DNA from: Trichosphaerium sp. ATCC 40318
Taxonomy: Eukaryota > Protista > Tubulinea
NCBI GenBank assembly: GCA_038496445.1
Contig: JALMLS010000564.1
Coordinates: forward strand, 124,001 to 188,000
Direction: 5' to 3'
Length of the DNA: 64,000 nt
Shown: positions 26,401 through 40,267 of the stretch, in pieces
Layout of the letters: each line of letters starts with the position of its first letter
Position numbering within the stretch: position 1 is the stretch's first letter
The notes under the pieces: generated by a model
What the model was told of the DNA's origin: nothing
The model's database searches: none
Seen by the model: only the letters and a program-made list of their open reading frames with translations
Translations under genes and position numbers: made by a program

Positions 26401-29366
26401 ACAGTCTTCTCATCGTCAGGTTTAACGCTAATAATAGTCTTGTCTCCATCAACTGGGACATCAATAGTTTTCTCTGCTTCAGCAGGTTTGTCTCCAACTT
26501 TTTCTGAAACAGGTTCCTTGGCTGGTGGCTCTTGTGTTTCAGTAGTTGCATCATCAGGTTTTGGTTGTTCAACCTTGTCTTCAACATCGGGTTCTTTAAC
26601 TGCAACTTGTTCTGGTTCAGGTGTTTCTATCGTCGGTTTTTCTTCTGGTTGCTTCTCTATAGGTTCTTTATCCACAACTGGTTCTGAAATAACTTCGGTC
26701 TCAGCAGGTTTATCTGGTTGGTCAGGTTTTGCTATTGGTTCTTGTTTAGGTTCAATCTCCGTGTCTGGCTCTGGCGTCAGAGTAGTTGAGTCTGGATCTG
26801 ATTCTACTCTTTCGTAACCTTCAAATTCATCTGACAGCTCATCCTAGATTTGGTTACATTGAGAGGAGAAATAAAACAAATTTCGTACATCTGTTTCAAG
26901 AAGTGCTTCAAGGAAAGCTTCAACATTTTGTTGCTCGTTCTCATTCCAACGTTGAGTGTCTTCAAGCGACTTTTGGATTAACGCTTTTTCTTCTTCCTCA
27001 GTACACTTTCCAGAAGCATCAGAATTATGTCCTGCTATTAATGAAGTAAAAGCATAATCCAAATCAAATCTAAAAATAACACATTAACAAAAATAAACTG
27101 TGCTCAAAATTAACAAGGTGAGACTATGTCCCAGTCCTCAAAGGTGTAAATGTATAAATTGCTGGCGCGTTAGTGTGTGTACAGCATCAAAATACGACGT
27201 ACTTGTCTCTGGCGTATGCAAGAAGTTGAATTACTTTATCAACATTTCCATTAGCAATATCTAATGTTGTTAAGTTTTTGGTGGTATTTTACAACTTCTT
27301 AGCCATTGTACCTTGAGCCTTGCATAGATCGTACGTCTCAAAAGTTTGAGCGCTCAAAAATGCAAGAAGTACCTTAGTAAGTGTCAGCAGATATCAAAAA
27401 AAAAAATTCCCAAACGAAGTTAAACATCAACAGTTAACAAAAAAGAAACAAAAAATACCTTTGCATTTTGAATAGCGTGCCAAAGCATAGTTGGATCTAA
27501 ATACAAAAAAGTTAGATAACCCTTGAAATGATACAATAATCTTACTTTGTTCCATAGATCCAGTTATTGGAGAATTACAGAGAGTCTGCACGTTATAATA
27601 AACAACTAAAAAAAGAACTGTTCAAAGAAAATGACGTCATACCTTTAGCAATGCTGCCAACTTGATACCGGAGCGAGTATCAGTTGAAAGATTAACTATT
27701 GTTATAGGAGGATCATGTTTCGCTAGTTGAGAATTAGCCCACTCAATCATATGTAGTTCATCCTCTCCAAGCTCGCGCTTTTCGAAAAAAACGTTAGTGG
27801 TTGGTTCAACTGATTCTGTTAGTAACTGTTTCTTACGTCTTCTTTGATATTATTAAAATTGATTGGCATCATAGAAGAAACAAACATATTAGCAGACTTG
27901 ACGCTCTCAATAGAAGGTCCGTCATATCCAGGAAACTTTTCCAAATGCTTTGCTAGTACATGCACGTGATTTATAACCTAAAACACGTGAGTAAAAAACG
28001 ACATACTGACGCCATACTACAATCATTGCTGCGTCACTAGGCGTGGTATAGACGCCTTACAGCTGAGACAATAAAAGAGTACGTACTACATTAATATTCT
28101 TCTCATTGTATAAGTCTGATGTGTTAAATAAATCCGTTTCAGCAAGCCCAAAGTTAGTACAAGCTTTGAGGTAATGTTCAATGTTTTCCATTTGTTTATA
28201 CGCTACAGAACCTCTATATATCTTTGGTACTGTATTCGCTTTTATTCTATTCGCTAGCTCACATAGAAGAGTACCATCATGGAGTTCTTCTGCGAGGCTT
28301 GAGTTAAATTCCTAAATAGACATTCAACAAATTACTATCCGTAACTGGTGAATCATACAGCTTCAAGGTACGCTCCTATCCATCGTAACGCCGCTTTTTC
28401 CAGCTCTGGATTAAATTTTAATTCTTCTTTCATTTGTACATCATCTTCGAGGCTTGTCACCGCTGCTGGAGCTGGTGCGGACTCTAAAAAAAATTAGACT
28501 CAAAAAGATACAGAAAAATTTGTTGCTTACTTATTTGAGGTCCTGTGTTTAAACTTTTTTTAGGCGTTATGCGCACTTGAAACGGTACAGCCATGTTAGC
28601 TTTTTTCACAGGCTTAGATTCTGATAGCATCCGTAAATGTTTTCCCTTTGAACGCGTGCAAAGAGTCTTGAACGAGTTTAAATTATCTATGACCTAAAAA
28701 AAACCAATAAATAAACAAAAACTAAACTAAATAACACTCCAGTTGTAAGTAGCTATCCTTTCATTGTACCTTCAGCATATCCTTTCCCTCGTAAAGGTCC
28801 ACTGTTTGAAAAAGACTAGTTTCGCGCATATCAAGGCGACGACATGTTTGTAAGTAATTTGCTAAACGTTGTCACGTGATAGCCGAAAAAAAAGAATATT
28901 GAACGAAAAAAACAGCGTAAAAACGCACCTATATTATCTCGCTGCATAGCAGCCATCTTCCTTTTTGATATTCTGACAGCCCCAGGTACATGGTGATTAG
29001 CTAATCTAAAATATCATTATGACATGTATCCGCTATACAACTGATAACCGAGACGTACTCACAAAGTATCTGACCATCTTTTAAAAGCGTTTGGATGTCA
29101 ATAGATTCGTCTAAACACTATCTCCTTATGAGTCCACCATAAAACCCGATGGAGGCACGTACCTCTTCCTTACGATCAGGAAGTACCCTGGATATCCATA
29201 GCCTAGTATTTATTTTATGTAAAAGCGCATTTTTCTGTTCGTAACATGAAGGATGTCCAAAAGACGCTCCGAAATCACGTGGGGCGTACCTTATATCTCT
29301 TTGAACGGCGGCTTGTTGATTGAGCTTTTCTACTCTATCCGCCTTAATACTTTTCTCAAGGCTCAT
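23495..29366 (-). CDS. Calponin-homology (3 x CH) plus acidic linker plus RhoGEF (DH)-PH protein
   Basis: CH motifs LKDGQILC.LAN...LFQTVDLYEGKD and LHDGTLLCELAN...LFNTSDLYNEKN; DH motifs RRVIDELLSTERSYITSL and IVMPVQRLPRYVLLLKQL; PH motif YAFLFDD...W. Confidence 0.92.
25571..25799 (-). repeat. Tandem ~82-nt coding duplication (DGKKGESKKKHRKTPKNSxVDIPxGDP, twice)
   Basis: 25571-25652 and 25718-25799 are near-identical and lie in consecutive exons. Confidence 0.9.
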
Positions 29367-29853
29367 TAGACAAGAGAATACAATGTAGGAATTCTGTAAA
29401 GCTCAAACCCACAAGAAGTGATGGCGTATGGGTTAACAATGTGCGTTTTGTTGAACTTCTACGACAAAAAAAAAAAACACATAAAAATGAACATGGCATG
29501 TTTCTTGCAGTACCAGAGTGCTACATTTTTCATAACTGATAAAACAACATCCTACACTTGGAATCAAAGGGTTCAAAGAAGCCGGTAACCTCCTTTGATA
29601 CGCTTACACGCGCGTATGAACCACGAATTCATGGTTTCTGATCTTGCAGTGTTTGCAGAAGGTTGGTGCTTCTTTGGTAAACTAGCTGTATCTATAGACA
29701 GACGCTTGAACCTGCAGACAGACTGTTGATTGTAGATGCGCAGTCGAAAATCAACGATCATATTTCTCAGCTGACAGAAAACCGCTTAAATGCGCTTAAG
29801 TCTTAAGTGAGAAGCGTGTCGCCTGTTGCATTGTTTAAAAACCGTTTAAAAAC

Positions 29854-32800
29854 ATGAAGCGATCCGGTAAGGACGCTCTGTTAGCATGGTGTCAGTCCTG
29901 CACCTCCAACTACGCAAAATGTAGCGTCACAAACTTTACACGCTCTTGGAAAGACGGTATAGGTGCGCGTGCAGTCTTTATGTGCATTTAAAGTCATGAC
30001 AGGTGCTAACTCCTCTATCAAGCATTTTGCGCATTGATTCATCACCATTCGCCCAGTAGTATACCGAATCCTGATACCATGGACCCATCTACGCCGTTAC
30101 AAAACTTAGAGCTTGGCACGGAACTAGTTTGGTTTTTTGTAACAATAGTTAGCGTTCAGCACAGCAGAGAGGTTGGGTATTGCAAGGCTATTAGAACCTG
30201 AAGATATGCTGGTACTATCATATTTTGACATTAAACAAATCGTTTCACTTATCATTGCAGGTTGGTCCATACCCTGAGCCCAGGAGTGTAATGACACAAC
30301 TTTCTATGTACTTTCACGGGTTTAAAAAGTACGTTCGCGTCATATAATTTTTTAAACGCATCAGATAGCGTCAAATACGCACAATAAATCAAACCCGATA
30401 GATTTGATGACCCTTTTAAAAAAACAGTTTTTCAGCCCAATTATTTTTTGTCTAACTGACGTAATTGTGTAGTACAAAGTCATGGGGTATTGGATCTATT
30501 ACGCATGACGTTGACACCAAACCACCAAAAAGGCAGAAAATGGGTAAGTCCTCAAATTCCATAATCCAAAAAAAAAAATGGGAAAAAATAAATTATGTTT
30601 GGTACTTTTCTGACTTTATTATTAGCATTAGATCCTGCCACATTTGGTAAAACGCCTGCACAGAAAAATACACAGGGTAGACCATCTCAACCACAACCTC
30701 GTCACAACACTAGCCGCGGTAAATTGACAATTTATTTTATTTTCTTGTTTTAAAGACTTATTGGTTTTAAGGTTCAAATACGCCCATATGTCCTAAATGT
30801 TCTAAACCTCTTTCTGGTACGTACAAAAAAATATTATTTAAGTAGTCTAACATTTTTAAAAGGACAAACAGTCGAGTTTGGAGACCAAATGTATCACCAA
30901 CAAGTACATTTTTAATTTTTTTTTGAATTCGCGTTTGAGTGATCACCTAAGATTTTAAATAGTGTTTTGGTTGTACTGGATGTGGGAAACCTTTTAGATC
31001 TACTTGTTTAAATATTGGTGGTAATCCTTATTGTGAAGGGTACTTAAAATTATGACACTAAAAGAACAATCTAATCTTTTTTGCCAGCTGTGGAAGAAAG
31101 AAATTTATTTCGGCTACCCGAGAAGAACGTAACCAGCTATTCGGAAGAAAAGCAGCCCAGAGTAACAATTCACAACAGAAAAGGTAACAACAATACCAGT
31201 CCATTAACAGTCATTTAAAAAAACTAAACACAAATGACTATTTTTTCCTCTTTTTTTCTTTTTATTCTATACATTATATCTATACATATATATTTATAGT
31301 GCGACGCCACAACTCAAAACAGAGGTGAAGGTAATTTATTATTAATGTCAAAACACTAATACGGTAAATCACTTGATGTAGTTCAAGAATATACCGAATT
31401 AGTGTACACTAATTAAAAAAAAACTTTTTTTTTTTTCAAAACCCATTTTTATTTTTAGTCACCAATGAAACAACCCGCAAAACCTATTCCAGCGTGGAAA
31501 AAAAAAGCGCTGGAACTAGAAGAGATTAAACGTAAAAAAGAAGAAGAAGAGGCCCAAAGAAAGCTTGTTAAGTTACAAGCATTCTTTAATCCTAGGTGAT
31601 TTTTTTTTTATTTATTAATATCTGTCCATGTGCAAGTGTCCAAAAATTATACCACAGGCCTTCTCCAATTACTTAATTAAATGTTTATTCTTATAGACAA
31701 GATCAAGCAATACAAGCACAAGAGCGTGAGCGCCAAGAGAAACTAAAACGCGAGCAGGCAAGTGACAGAAAAAAAATGGTTGAAATATCTCTTGTATTTT
31801 TTTGATCAAACAATTTATACCTTATGTTGTACCTGACTATAAAAAGACGCAATATATAACGAGTAATATTAGGAAGAGCGCAAGAGAGCCGAATCTCTTC
31901 GTAGACAAAGATCAGAGAAGGAAAGAAATGAAAAAATGCTACAGGATTTAAAGGAAGCTGAAAGACGTGCTGAAGAACAGCTTAAAAAGCAGAAGGAGCA
32001 ACAAAGGTACCACAGATACGACAATGTCCTTTATTGCTACCAATACAACTCACATATTTCAGAGTTGCTGAAGAAAAGCGACGCCAGCAAGAAGAACAGC
32101 GGCGTCAGCAAGAAGAACGCGAGCGAGAGCAAAGACGTGTTGCTGAAGAAAAACGCAAGCGTGAAGAGCGTGAAAGGGACGAAAAACGTAAGCGTGAAGA
32201 GCGTGAGAGAGAAGAACAGCGTTTAGAAGAAGATAGGTTGGAAGCTGAAGCAGAGAAGAGAAAAAACGCTCGTTTAAAGACAAGAGAAGAAAAGCGCAGA
32301 CAAGAAAATGAACGAAAAGAGCGTGAAGCTAAAATTCAGAGAGAACGTGAAGAACAACTTAAGAGAGAACGTGATGAGAAAGCTAAGCGTGATAAACTTC
32401 AAAGAGAGCGTGAAGATCGTGAGAAAAAGGTCAAGGAAGAGAGATTAAGGTTGCAGAAAGAGCGACAAGAGAAAGACAGAAGAGACCAAGAAGAGCGTGA
32501 GAAAAGATTGAAAGAAATAAGAGCTAAACGGTATGTACAGTGGTTCTACTGTGGTTGAATGTCCAACTCATTGACAACTTTTTAAGAGAAGCTGCTCAAG
32601 CAAAGATAAAGGAGGAACAAGAGAACGCTAGGTTAGAACTCTCTACCTGGGGTAGTAACTGTTTTTTGTTAACTGAAGTATGTGTTTAGGAAGAAAGAAC
32701 TTGAAGAACAGATTAAGAGGGAGGAAAGACTTGCTTCAAGACTCAAAGAAAGACAGTACGGTTAACAAAGAATTTATGATAGTGACCAAGTTGGAACTTT

Positions 32801-35672
32801 TTTTGTTGTTGTGTTTGGCTTTACTAGTGCTAATACACTTCAAGGAGGAAGGAGGAAATAGATGCTGAAATAGAAAGAGAGAAACAGCGTCTTGTTGCTG
32901 AAAAGAAAAAATCTTCTTTACCACCTACACCTGCTTCAAGAAACTCATCAACAACTTCTAATTCTAAAAAGCCTCAATGGGCAAATACACAATTAAGTAC
33001 GTTATTGATTAAACTGCCTTAAACTTACTTCTCACGTGTTATCAATAGGATCAAGTGTTAAAGTTAAAAAAGATGAACCAGAATTTATGCGGTTAGCACG
33101 TGAGAAGAAAGAACGCTTACAAGACAAGCAAGGTAAAAACTATCATTCTTTCATTCTTTTTCAAAAAAAAAGAAACTCCGTTTGTTGTACACCAACCAAC
33201 TCTTCTATCTTTTGACTGTTTTGTTAGAACCTACATCACCTCCTACAGATGAACCAGAATTTATGCGTATTGCGCGGGAGAAGAGAGAACGTCTGTCATC
33301 TAAACGAGAGTCAGTTGCAGCGAAACCAAAGTACCAAAAAAAATCACCTTTTTTTCTTTGGTTAGATTTTTGTGTACTAACACTTCTTCTTCTTAAACTA
33401 GGCCTATTCCAAAACTCTCCCTAAAATCTTCGGTAAGACCTGCCGTACAAGTTCGGAAATACACAGCACCACCGAGACCTACATCACCAAAACCACTTCC
33501 AACAAGACCTGTGTCAAACTACTCTAAGCCAACATCTAATCCACTGTCAACTCCAAAAGTACAAAACTTCTCAATACCACCACCTAAACCAACAACATCA
33601 TCAACTTATACAAAACCTACACCTTCACCTGCTAAAAAGCACGAAAGAAAGCCAACGCTACCTGAAAAACCAAGAAACTTACCAGAGCCTCGATTCTCGT
33701 ACGAACTGTTTCTCTTCTTTTGAATTCACCTGTTCAAGCCTCTCATGTTTATTTCTTTTTTGTAGAGTATCAGAAGGTAATGAAGGCAATCTAGAGTTCC
33801 AAAAAGCTGCTCAAGAAAGACAAAGAAGAAGGTAAGACACTCTTCTTTTGAGTTTTTTGTTAAAAGCAGCAAAAAACAAAACTTTTTCTCCCAATGGGTT
33901 CTTATTCTTGAAATAGAGAAGAGTGGAGATCTAAACAAAAGGAAATGTGGGCAGATGGAGGCGGACCACCAATAAATAGAGGTTCAAAACCTACTGGTGA
34001 TGATATTGGTTTGAATAAATCTCAGTCTGATACATCACAATACTCAAGAAGACAGGCTCCAGCTCTTCCAGATAGATCATCACAACGTTTTGTTGATTTA
34101 CAACGTGGTACTGGTCCTCATGGAAGTACTATTGTTACAGACCCTATCGAGGTTATCGAGGTACGCCAATAAAAATCTGAAGCTTGAAGAGCGTTTTGGG
34201 TTCTTCAGCGAGTTTTTTATTACGTTTATTGACCTTGTTATTAGAGAGAGCCTAAACAAACAATGATTGGCGATATTGATTTAAGAGTATCTCAATCTAC
34301 ATTAAGACTTAAAACAATTGACTTTGATAAGTATCTTAATAATACAGTTCTGCAAGGTATGTAGCGCATGTCTTGCTTTTTCGGCTTTTTTTCTTGCTTT
34401 TCTTCTTCAATCGAGAACTTCACTGGAGAAAAGTTTATTTACGTTTTGTGTGGTCACATTATTTTATGTATTCATTTGAATACATACCGAATTGTTTTAA
34501 ATGTTTGTCTTTGTGTTGGATGATGATATCTTACAAGTTTGTTTTTAGGTTTCCTACTCAAAAGAAATGCGTCAAGAGGAGGTGTTATGCAAGGTGGGAC
34601 ATGGAGACGCCGTTGGTTCTCCTTACAAGATTCAAGGTTGATATACTATAAAGAAGAGCAAGAAAAGTTCTCTATTGGACTAGGTACTGCATAATTAAAC
34701 ATTCGTCATTCTTTTTTTTTTCTTGATTTTTCTTGTGACTGTTATTTGTGGAATTTCTGACTCTTCCTAGGTAATCCACCTAGTGGTATTATACCTCTTC
34801 AAAGTGCAACACGTATAGCAGCTCTACCAGATTCACAGCGTAAAGGCCTTCCGAGGTTTGAAATTAAAGCACCAGAGCGCTCTTATATCTTTGAAGCAGC
34901 AACACAAGAAGTAAGCAACCAAGCTATAGCTTTGATGTATTTACACATTGTATTAGGAAGCTGCTAAATGGGTGAGCGGACTTTTGGAGGCTCAGTCAAT
35001 ATACAACTCTGTAAGGAATCATATGTCATTTAATAAGTCGGATATTGCTTTCAAGGTACAAAAGAATACTGAACACCTTTTTATTTTGAAGTACTAGCTT
35101 CCTTTGTTTCTCGAGAAAAACGACACTGAAGAAGTTTGACTTTTCCTGATTTTTTTTCTTTTTCTAGCGAAAAGAAGGAAAGCTTTACCGATACACAAAA
35201 TGGAAAAAGTGGTCAGAGAATTACTTTATATTGGATCATGGTATGCTTTATATATTTACTAAGAAGGGTGGAAAATCTAGAGGAAAGGTTCCTCTTTATG
35301 GTTGTAAATTCTCAAGTACGTCCACTGCTCTAAACTAAAACAAATTCAGTTTTTGAAGGAAAAAAAACCGGTTTCCTGTACTTTGTCTACCTCTCTTATG
35401 CCTTGGGTGCTACCAGGCATATTTTTGTGTACTCTTACACTATCGTATAAGAGCCACTAAATTGTGTTTGGATTTTTATGTTGTTTCTTTTTTTTTTCTT
35501 TCAAGGCTTTCCTTCGAAGTCTAACAAGTGGGCTTTCAAAGTTGAAGATAATAAGAATGTAAAGCATTGTGAAATGGCAGCATCAACAGAAATTGAGATG
35601 CAAGAATGGTTGAATGCCATGTTACGATGGAAGATTATCATAGAGGAAGAAGTAAATGCTATTTCGTTCTAG
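29854..35672 (+). CDS. CH (MICAL-like type)-LIM-coiled coil-Pro-rich-PH-PH cytoskeletal adaptor
   Basis: ALLAWCQ...VTNFTRSWKDGIAFCALIH...AFSTAE.LGI..LLEPEDM; LIM CPKC...H..CFGCTGC...YCEGC; E/R/K helix; PH motifs GFLLKR...WRRRWFSL and WKKWSENYFILDHG. Confidence 0.9.
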
Positions 35673-35943
35673 ACAAAAAAAAATTGTCAAAAATTTTAAA
35701 GAACAACTCTTCAAAAAAAACCAAATAATATAACCAATGTAATTTATGACACCTGCCTCGTATATTTTTCGTAGTGAGGCGTTTACAGGAACACTAATGA
35801 TGAAGGCCAAAAAAAACCACTCAGAAATACATTCTCAGTTTTTTCTTATTTTTGCGCAAAGAAACAGCCTATCAAAAAAAGAACGAAAAATTAAGTGTAA
35901 GTAAGGCGCGTAGTCTAGTTTTAATTATTTATTACATGTTTTT

Positions 35944-36876
35944 CTATTGTACTTCAACTGCCTTTAAAAATTGTTTTGGCGACTTGTGAGCCATTCTAAT
36001 GAAAGGGTGGTTCAAAAGTTCTTGTGCTCTTGTTCCGCGTACAGAACAACATTTTACAAAATCGAGTAGCGTATCATCAGTTGTCAATGATACCATTTTG
36101 TCGCTAATCAAATCATTGTTTGTCCAAAGATCGTTAATCTTGTGCGCCGATTCTATGTACCCTTTCGGTTTAATGTCGTCAAACCTTCCGCTTAACATTA
36201 ATTCCATCGCTAGACGCCCGATAGAGAATGTATCGTCTGTACGAGAGTATCCTCTGGTTCGAGCATGCGAATCTACAAAACCAGGTGTACCTTCTGGCCC
36301 ACTAGCGAACACTACCAACCGCGACATGCTCTCTAACTCTTCTACGGTAGCTGCGAGTCCAAAGTCAGCTAATTTTGGAGTACCATTTGGCATAATCATA
36401 ACGTTTGCTGCTTTTATATCATGGTGAACGAGGCCGTCTTCTTGCAAGGCACACGCTGCGCGTAGAACTCCTTTTGTTATGTACGCCGCCGAAGCCATCG
36501 TGAGTGGTTTTTCAGCTGCTAGAGACGCTGCATCGGTTTTGGCCATCGGGAGTATGACCGCAGGACCTTTTGGACCCTTTGGTATGACTTCCACAGGTCG
36601 CAAGATGTTTTTGCATACCGTTTGGCTTTGTAAGTTTGCCTCATGCACTAGGTGCCTGCGTTCGTGCTTGACTTCGGCTTTGGAGAGGCCAGTTCGCTTT
36701 ACAACTTTCATCGCATACCTTTCGTGCGTCTCCTTGTCCGTGCAAGTATACACAATACCGCAGCCGCCTTCGCCCAGAATAGAGTCAGATTCAATGTCGT
36801 ACTTTACCAGTGTCTTTGTTCGCGTCTTGAATAGGTTGCAGAACGAGTCGATTCCGTGTTTGAGGGAGGTAAACAT
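35944..36876 (-). CDS. Intronless divergent Ser/Thr protein kinase
   Basis: LGEGGCGIVY, YAMK, E in helix C, HHDIKAANV, KLADFG, GTPGF, DTFSIG; single exon of 310 aa. Confidence 0.9.
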   Translation of the reverse strand: MFTSLKHGIDSFCNLFKTRTKTLVKYDIESDSILGEGGCGIVYTCTDKETHERYAMKVVKRTGLSKAEVKHERRHLVHEANLQSQTVCKNILRPVEVIPKGPKGPAVILPMAKTDAASLAAEKPLTMASAAYITKGVLRAACALQEDGLVHHDIKAANVMIMPNGTPKLADFGLAATVEELESMSRLVVFASGPEGTPGFVDSHARTRGYSRTDDTFSIGRLAMELMLSGRFDDIKPKGYIESAHKINDLWTNNDLISDKMVSLTTDDTLLDFVKCCSVRGTRAQELLNHPFIRMAHKSPKQFLKAVEVQ

Positions 36877-37419
36877 TGCGTTGCTGCTTTTTTATCTGGT
36901 AAAGTTTATGATTTTGGATTGTGTAGTCGTGCAGTTTCATTTAGTAATGCGGTATTATACAACGCAGAAGGGTCAAAGAGCACGGATTATAGAGCTCGAA
37001 AGACTATAGCTGCAAAAACTAACCGAAAAATCAAAATCAATTGTAACGCGTAGCGGTTACCTCACCAAGCCACTGGAGGTTCTAGCTAGGTTTCATGATA
37101 ATACCTGATGAGGCACATTCTACAAAATCAAGAATTACATCACCGAGTGATCAGACACAGTTTAAATACATCTCCTACGCGCGGCAGAGTCTTTTCAATA
37201 TGCTGCGACTACTCTGAAGTAATCAGGTTTGCTTCTATACTAACACCACTGAGCTAAACTAGTGTCCATTCGCATGTAGGCGGAGTTGAAAAAGGATACA
37301 GAACTGTGACAAGTGCCGAACAAATGCTCTTCCGAGACTAGCTAAATAAAGAAGTCTTGTCAATGTCGAGCAACTTAAACTCATACTTATTAACCTTCAA
37401 CAACTCTAAAAACTCCCTA

Positions 37420-37734
37420 ATGCCTGCCATCATCAAATCTATCAGAAGCTATGCCAGACGCTCATACAACAGAGTGATGAAATCGGGAACAAAGAAGTCT
37501 ACGGTCAAGCTTACAACTACGAAACCATTCGGCAAGACAACTGGAGGCGTTGGCATTACTTTCCACGCTCAAAATAAGAAAATTGGTGATAAGCTCGGTC
37601 TTGATGTGCTCGACTCGTCTACAGACAATTGCGACCACAGTCTGTATTTTGTAGAGGCTCAAACTTGCCTTTTTGAGTTTTTAGACGATCGAATCGAAAC
37701 TCTGCGAACCGACAAACCCACCAGACGCAACTAA
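37420..37734 (+). CDS. Small basic hypothetical protein (intronless)
   Basis: 104-codon ORF with a C/A-rich leader and tail, divergent from the kinase gene; no recognisable domain. Confidence 0.4.
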   Translation: MPAIIKSIRSYARRSYNRVMKSGTKKSTVKLTTTKPFGKTTGGVGITFHAQNKKIGDKLGLDVLDSSTDNCDHSLYFVEAQTCLFEFLDDRIETLRTDKPTRRN

Positions 37735-38416
37735 CAATGCAAACCAACTACTCGACTTCGACAAAGAAGACAAACACACTTCGAACAAAACTGTAACAAC
37801 AAACTTAAAATGTAATAATAGCAACAATGTAGCACTTCTAAACAATCTTGAGGCGTGTTAGGTAGTTTTTGAATTTTAATTAGAGCGCGTAAACGGGCTT
37901 TTTGGCAAAACCCTTGACCTACTTTCGGTATTTAAGTACCACCTTTTTGAGCGCCGGGTTAGCCACATAACTATCACTACCCCGGTTACAGTCAGAAACA
38001 GCATCCTTGATTAGAAATACAACACCAGTATAGGCAGTTGTGGTGCGTAATTCAATTCCGGAGCTGAACCGATTAGCCAGTTTCGGCAAACAAAACGTGA
38101 TCGAGCAATCATCACATCTTTTTCTTTGTTCAACGCGTTGGTTGCATTAAAGTGTTGACTAGCGTTTGTGACGTTTAGAACGTTGGTGGTTAGGAAAGGA
38201 AGTTATCTGCTGGAGACTAGATACTGCCACAAGCTCATTAAAAAATTCAAAGAGGAACTTGTGACTTTTTTTAACGGTGGTTGATTCGCTTACGGGTTTC
38301 GAACAACATACTACGTTGGACTTATTCAGCTATGAACCTCGTTTTAGCTATCCATTTTATGTTGCTCTTCTGATGAATGTCATTAAAGTATTTGGTATAA
38401 AGAGAAATTGTTGTAT

Positions 38417-39840
38417 TTATTGAGAATCAAAGTTGACTTGTACAATCCAAGGCGCCTGATTAAACCCATCTACTTGATTAGAGAAACTAAAAGCCATCTC
38501 TTTTCCATTTTTACGCGTCAGTATAGGCATAAAGTACCCAGCATACATGGGATGACCACTAAACTTCTTTGGCTGTTCAAAAAACAGTTGCTTCTCTGAA
38601 AAAGGTCCCCATGGGTTATCTGATGTTTGAATATAGGCTTGATCACCAAAAACAGTAGTCAGCAACATATACTGTCCAAGATATTCATTATAAACAACGC
38701 TCAGTTGAGGGTTCATTAGAAAATAGTTTGTAATGTTTCCGGCAAGTGTGCTGTTTTTTGAAAACATAGTCTGTTGAAATAAATGCGTTAGTTGAACTCC
38801 TATTGATTTTTCTTTTGATTTACGTACTGTGTTTGTCCAATAGGAGTATTCGGATGGTTTTTCGATATTTTCTGGTAGTACACGGAACATTTGGACGGCA
38901 CGTGCTTTATCCTTACCACCAAGTTCTTTGATGTAGAATAAATATAAGTATGGATCAGATGTATCTTTATGATTCTTTACTGCCGCGTATACTTCTGGTA
39001 ATGTCTTACAAGGTTCAATAACATTCTCAAATACCAGTTTTTCTTCATTTGGAGATGCTACCAAACCGCGAAGGTTTTCCTCTCCAGTGCTTTGATAAAA
39101 AACATATATTTTCTCGTTTGCAACTAATCCACCTTCAAAAAGAAGTCAGTAAGCGGAGTATTTGTCACGGTTAGAAGGTATAGTTTTTTAGAAATACTTG
39201 GAGCAAGGATACTACAAAAAGTGGGATATTAAACAACATGACAATTAAAGAATGCTCAATGATTATAGAGATGGAAAAAAGGTGAAATGTAAATGAGGTT
39301 CGAAAAGTGTAACAAGAAAAAAGTAAGTATCGCACCCATTGGCCAGAACGCTAATCCATCCTTATTGTTAGGCACTAAACAAGCAGCGTGATAGTTAGAA
39401 GAAGACAAGAATTGTGCAAACATTTGAATTCCGGTTGAAGGATTTCTTGTTATCCTCAAGGCAGTATTATGAAGACCACCACAACCGCCATTAGTGAATG
39501 TATCTCCAAAAAGGAATATGGACTCTGTACCATCGTCGAAAGTAAAGGAAGCACCACCATCATATCCGGTTACATGCCAAACCTGTCTGATATCCGAGAA
39601 TGGACCTGTTCTACCCAAAAAAGTGGTTTTGAACGAAATTGTTTTCGTTTGAGACGTTAACGACATAGATGATTCATTGTTGGTGTTATACGCGTCCGTA
39701 TAAATTTGAGAGAAGTTGAAGGTGTACGAGGCAATCTCTGGACCAACGTACGCTGTTCCAGTGCAACATTGTCCTACAACACCCGACACAAAGGCAAAGG
39801 CTGCTAGGAGAAAGACTAGGAAGAAAAAATGAACAGACAT
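38417..39840 (-). CDS. Secreted DUF4185-family (GH183-like beta-propeller) protein
   Basis: Signal peptide; GYDGG, FLFGDTF, FWPMG, YLYLFY, LSVVYNEYLGQYMLL, SDNPWGPFS, MYAGYFMP; one intron of about 200 nt. Confidence 0.7.
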
Positions 39841-40267
39841 ACTTTGTTACGAAGTGTCAGCTTTTGGGTAGCACAACGAAGTTTAACTTACGTATGAAGC
39901 TCATATTTTTTCCTCTGAACTTTCTACAAGATGACCCTGAATACGTAGTCTATGCAATGTACGTGTAACCACTATCTACACGTAGTGGATGCTAAGAGGC
40001 GAAATTTTTTAAGATATTGGAAATACATTCAGTGACTTCTGGAGACTGTCGTTTACCATCACGATTTATCTCAGTTTAACTCTTTTGTGACAACTCTACC
40101 AACAAGGGACATACATCGTGTTCGCACTTGCGTGAAGTAGACGACTAGCCCGTACGTTTTACACTAAAATTACACATATCAACGTTAATACCTCCTAGAA
40201 TCGGCTACTGAAACGAATAGCCACGTTATCAATACCACAGCTTTGTTACATCGGCTTATAGCACAAC

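Noticed and set aside
26134-26817. 227-aa plus-strand Ser-rich ORF (also 25020-25667, 35999-37009, 57788-58240)
   Set aside because: These are antisense shadows of well-supported minus-strand genes.
32060-32530. GAAGA/CGTGA periodic repeats as an array or satellite
   Set aside because: These are codons of an E/R/K-rich helix, with no fixed repeat-spacer structure.
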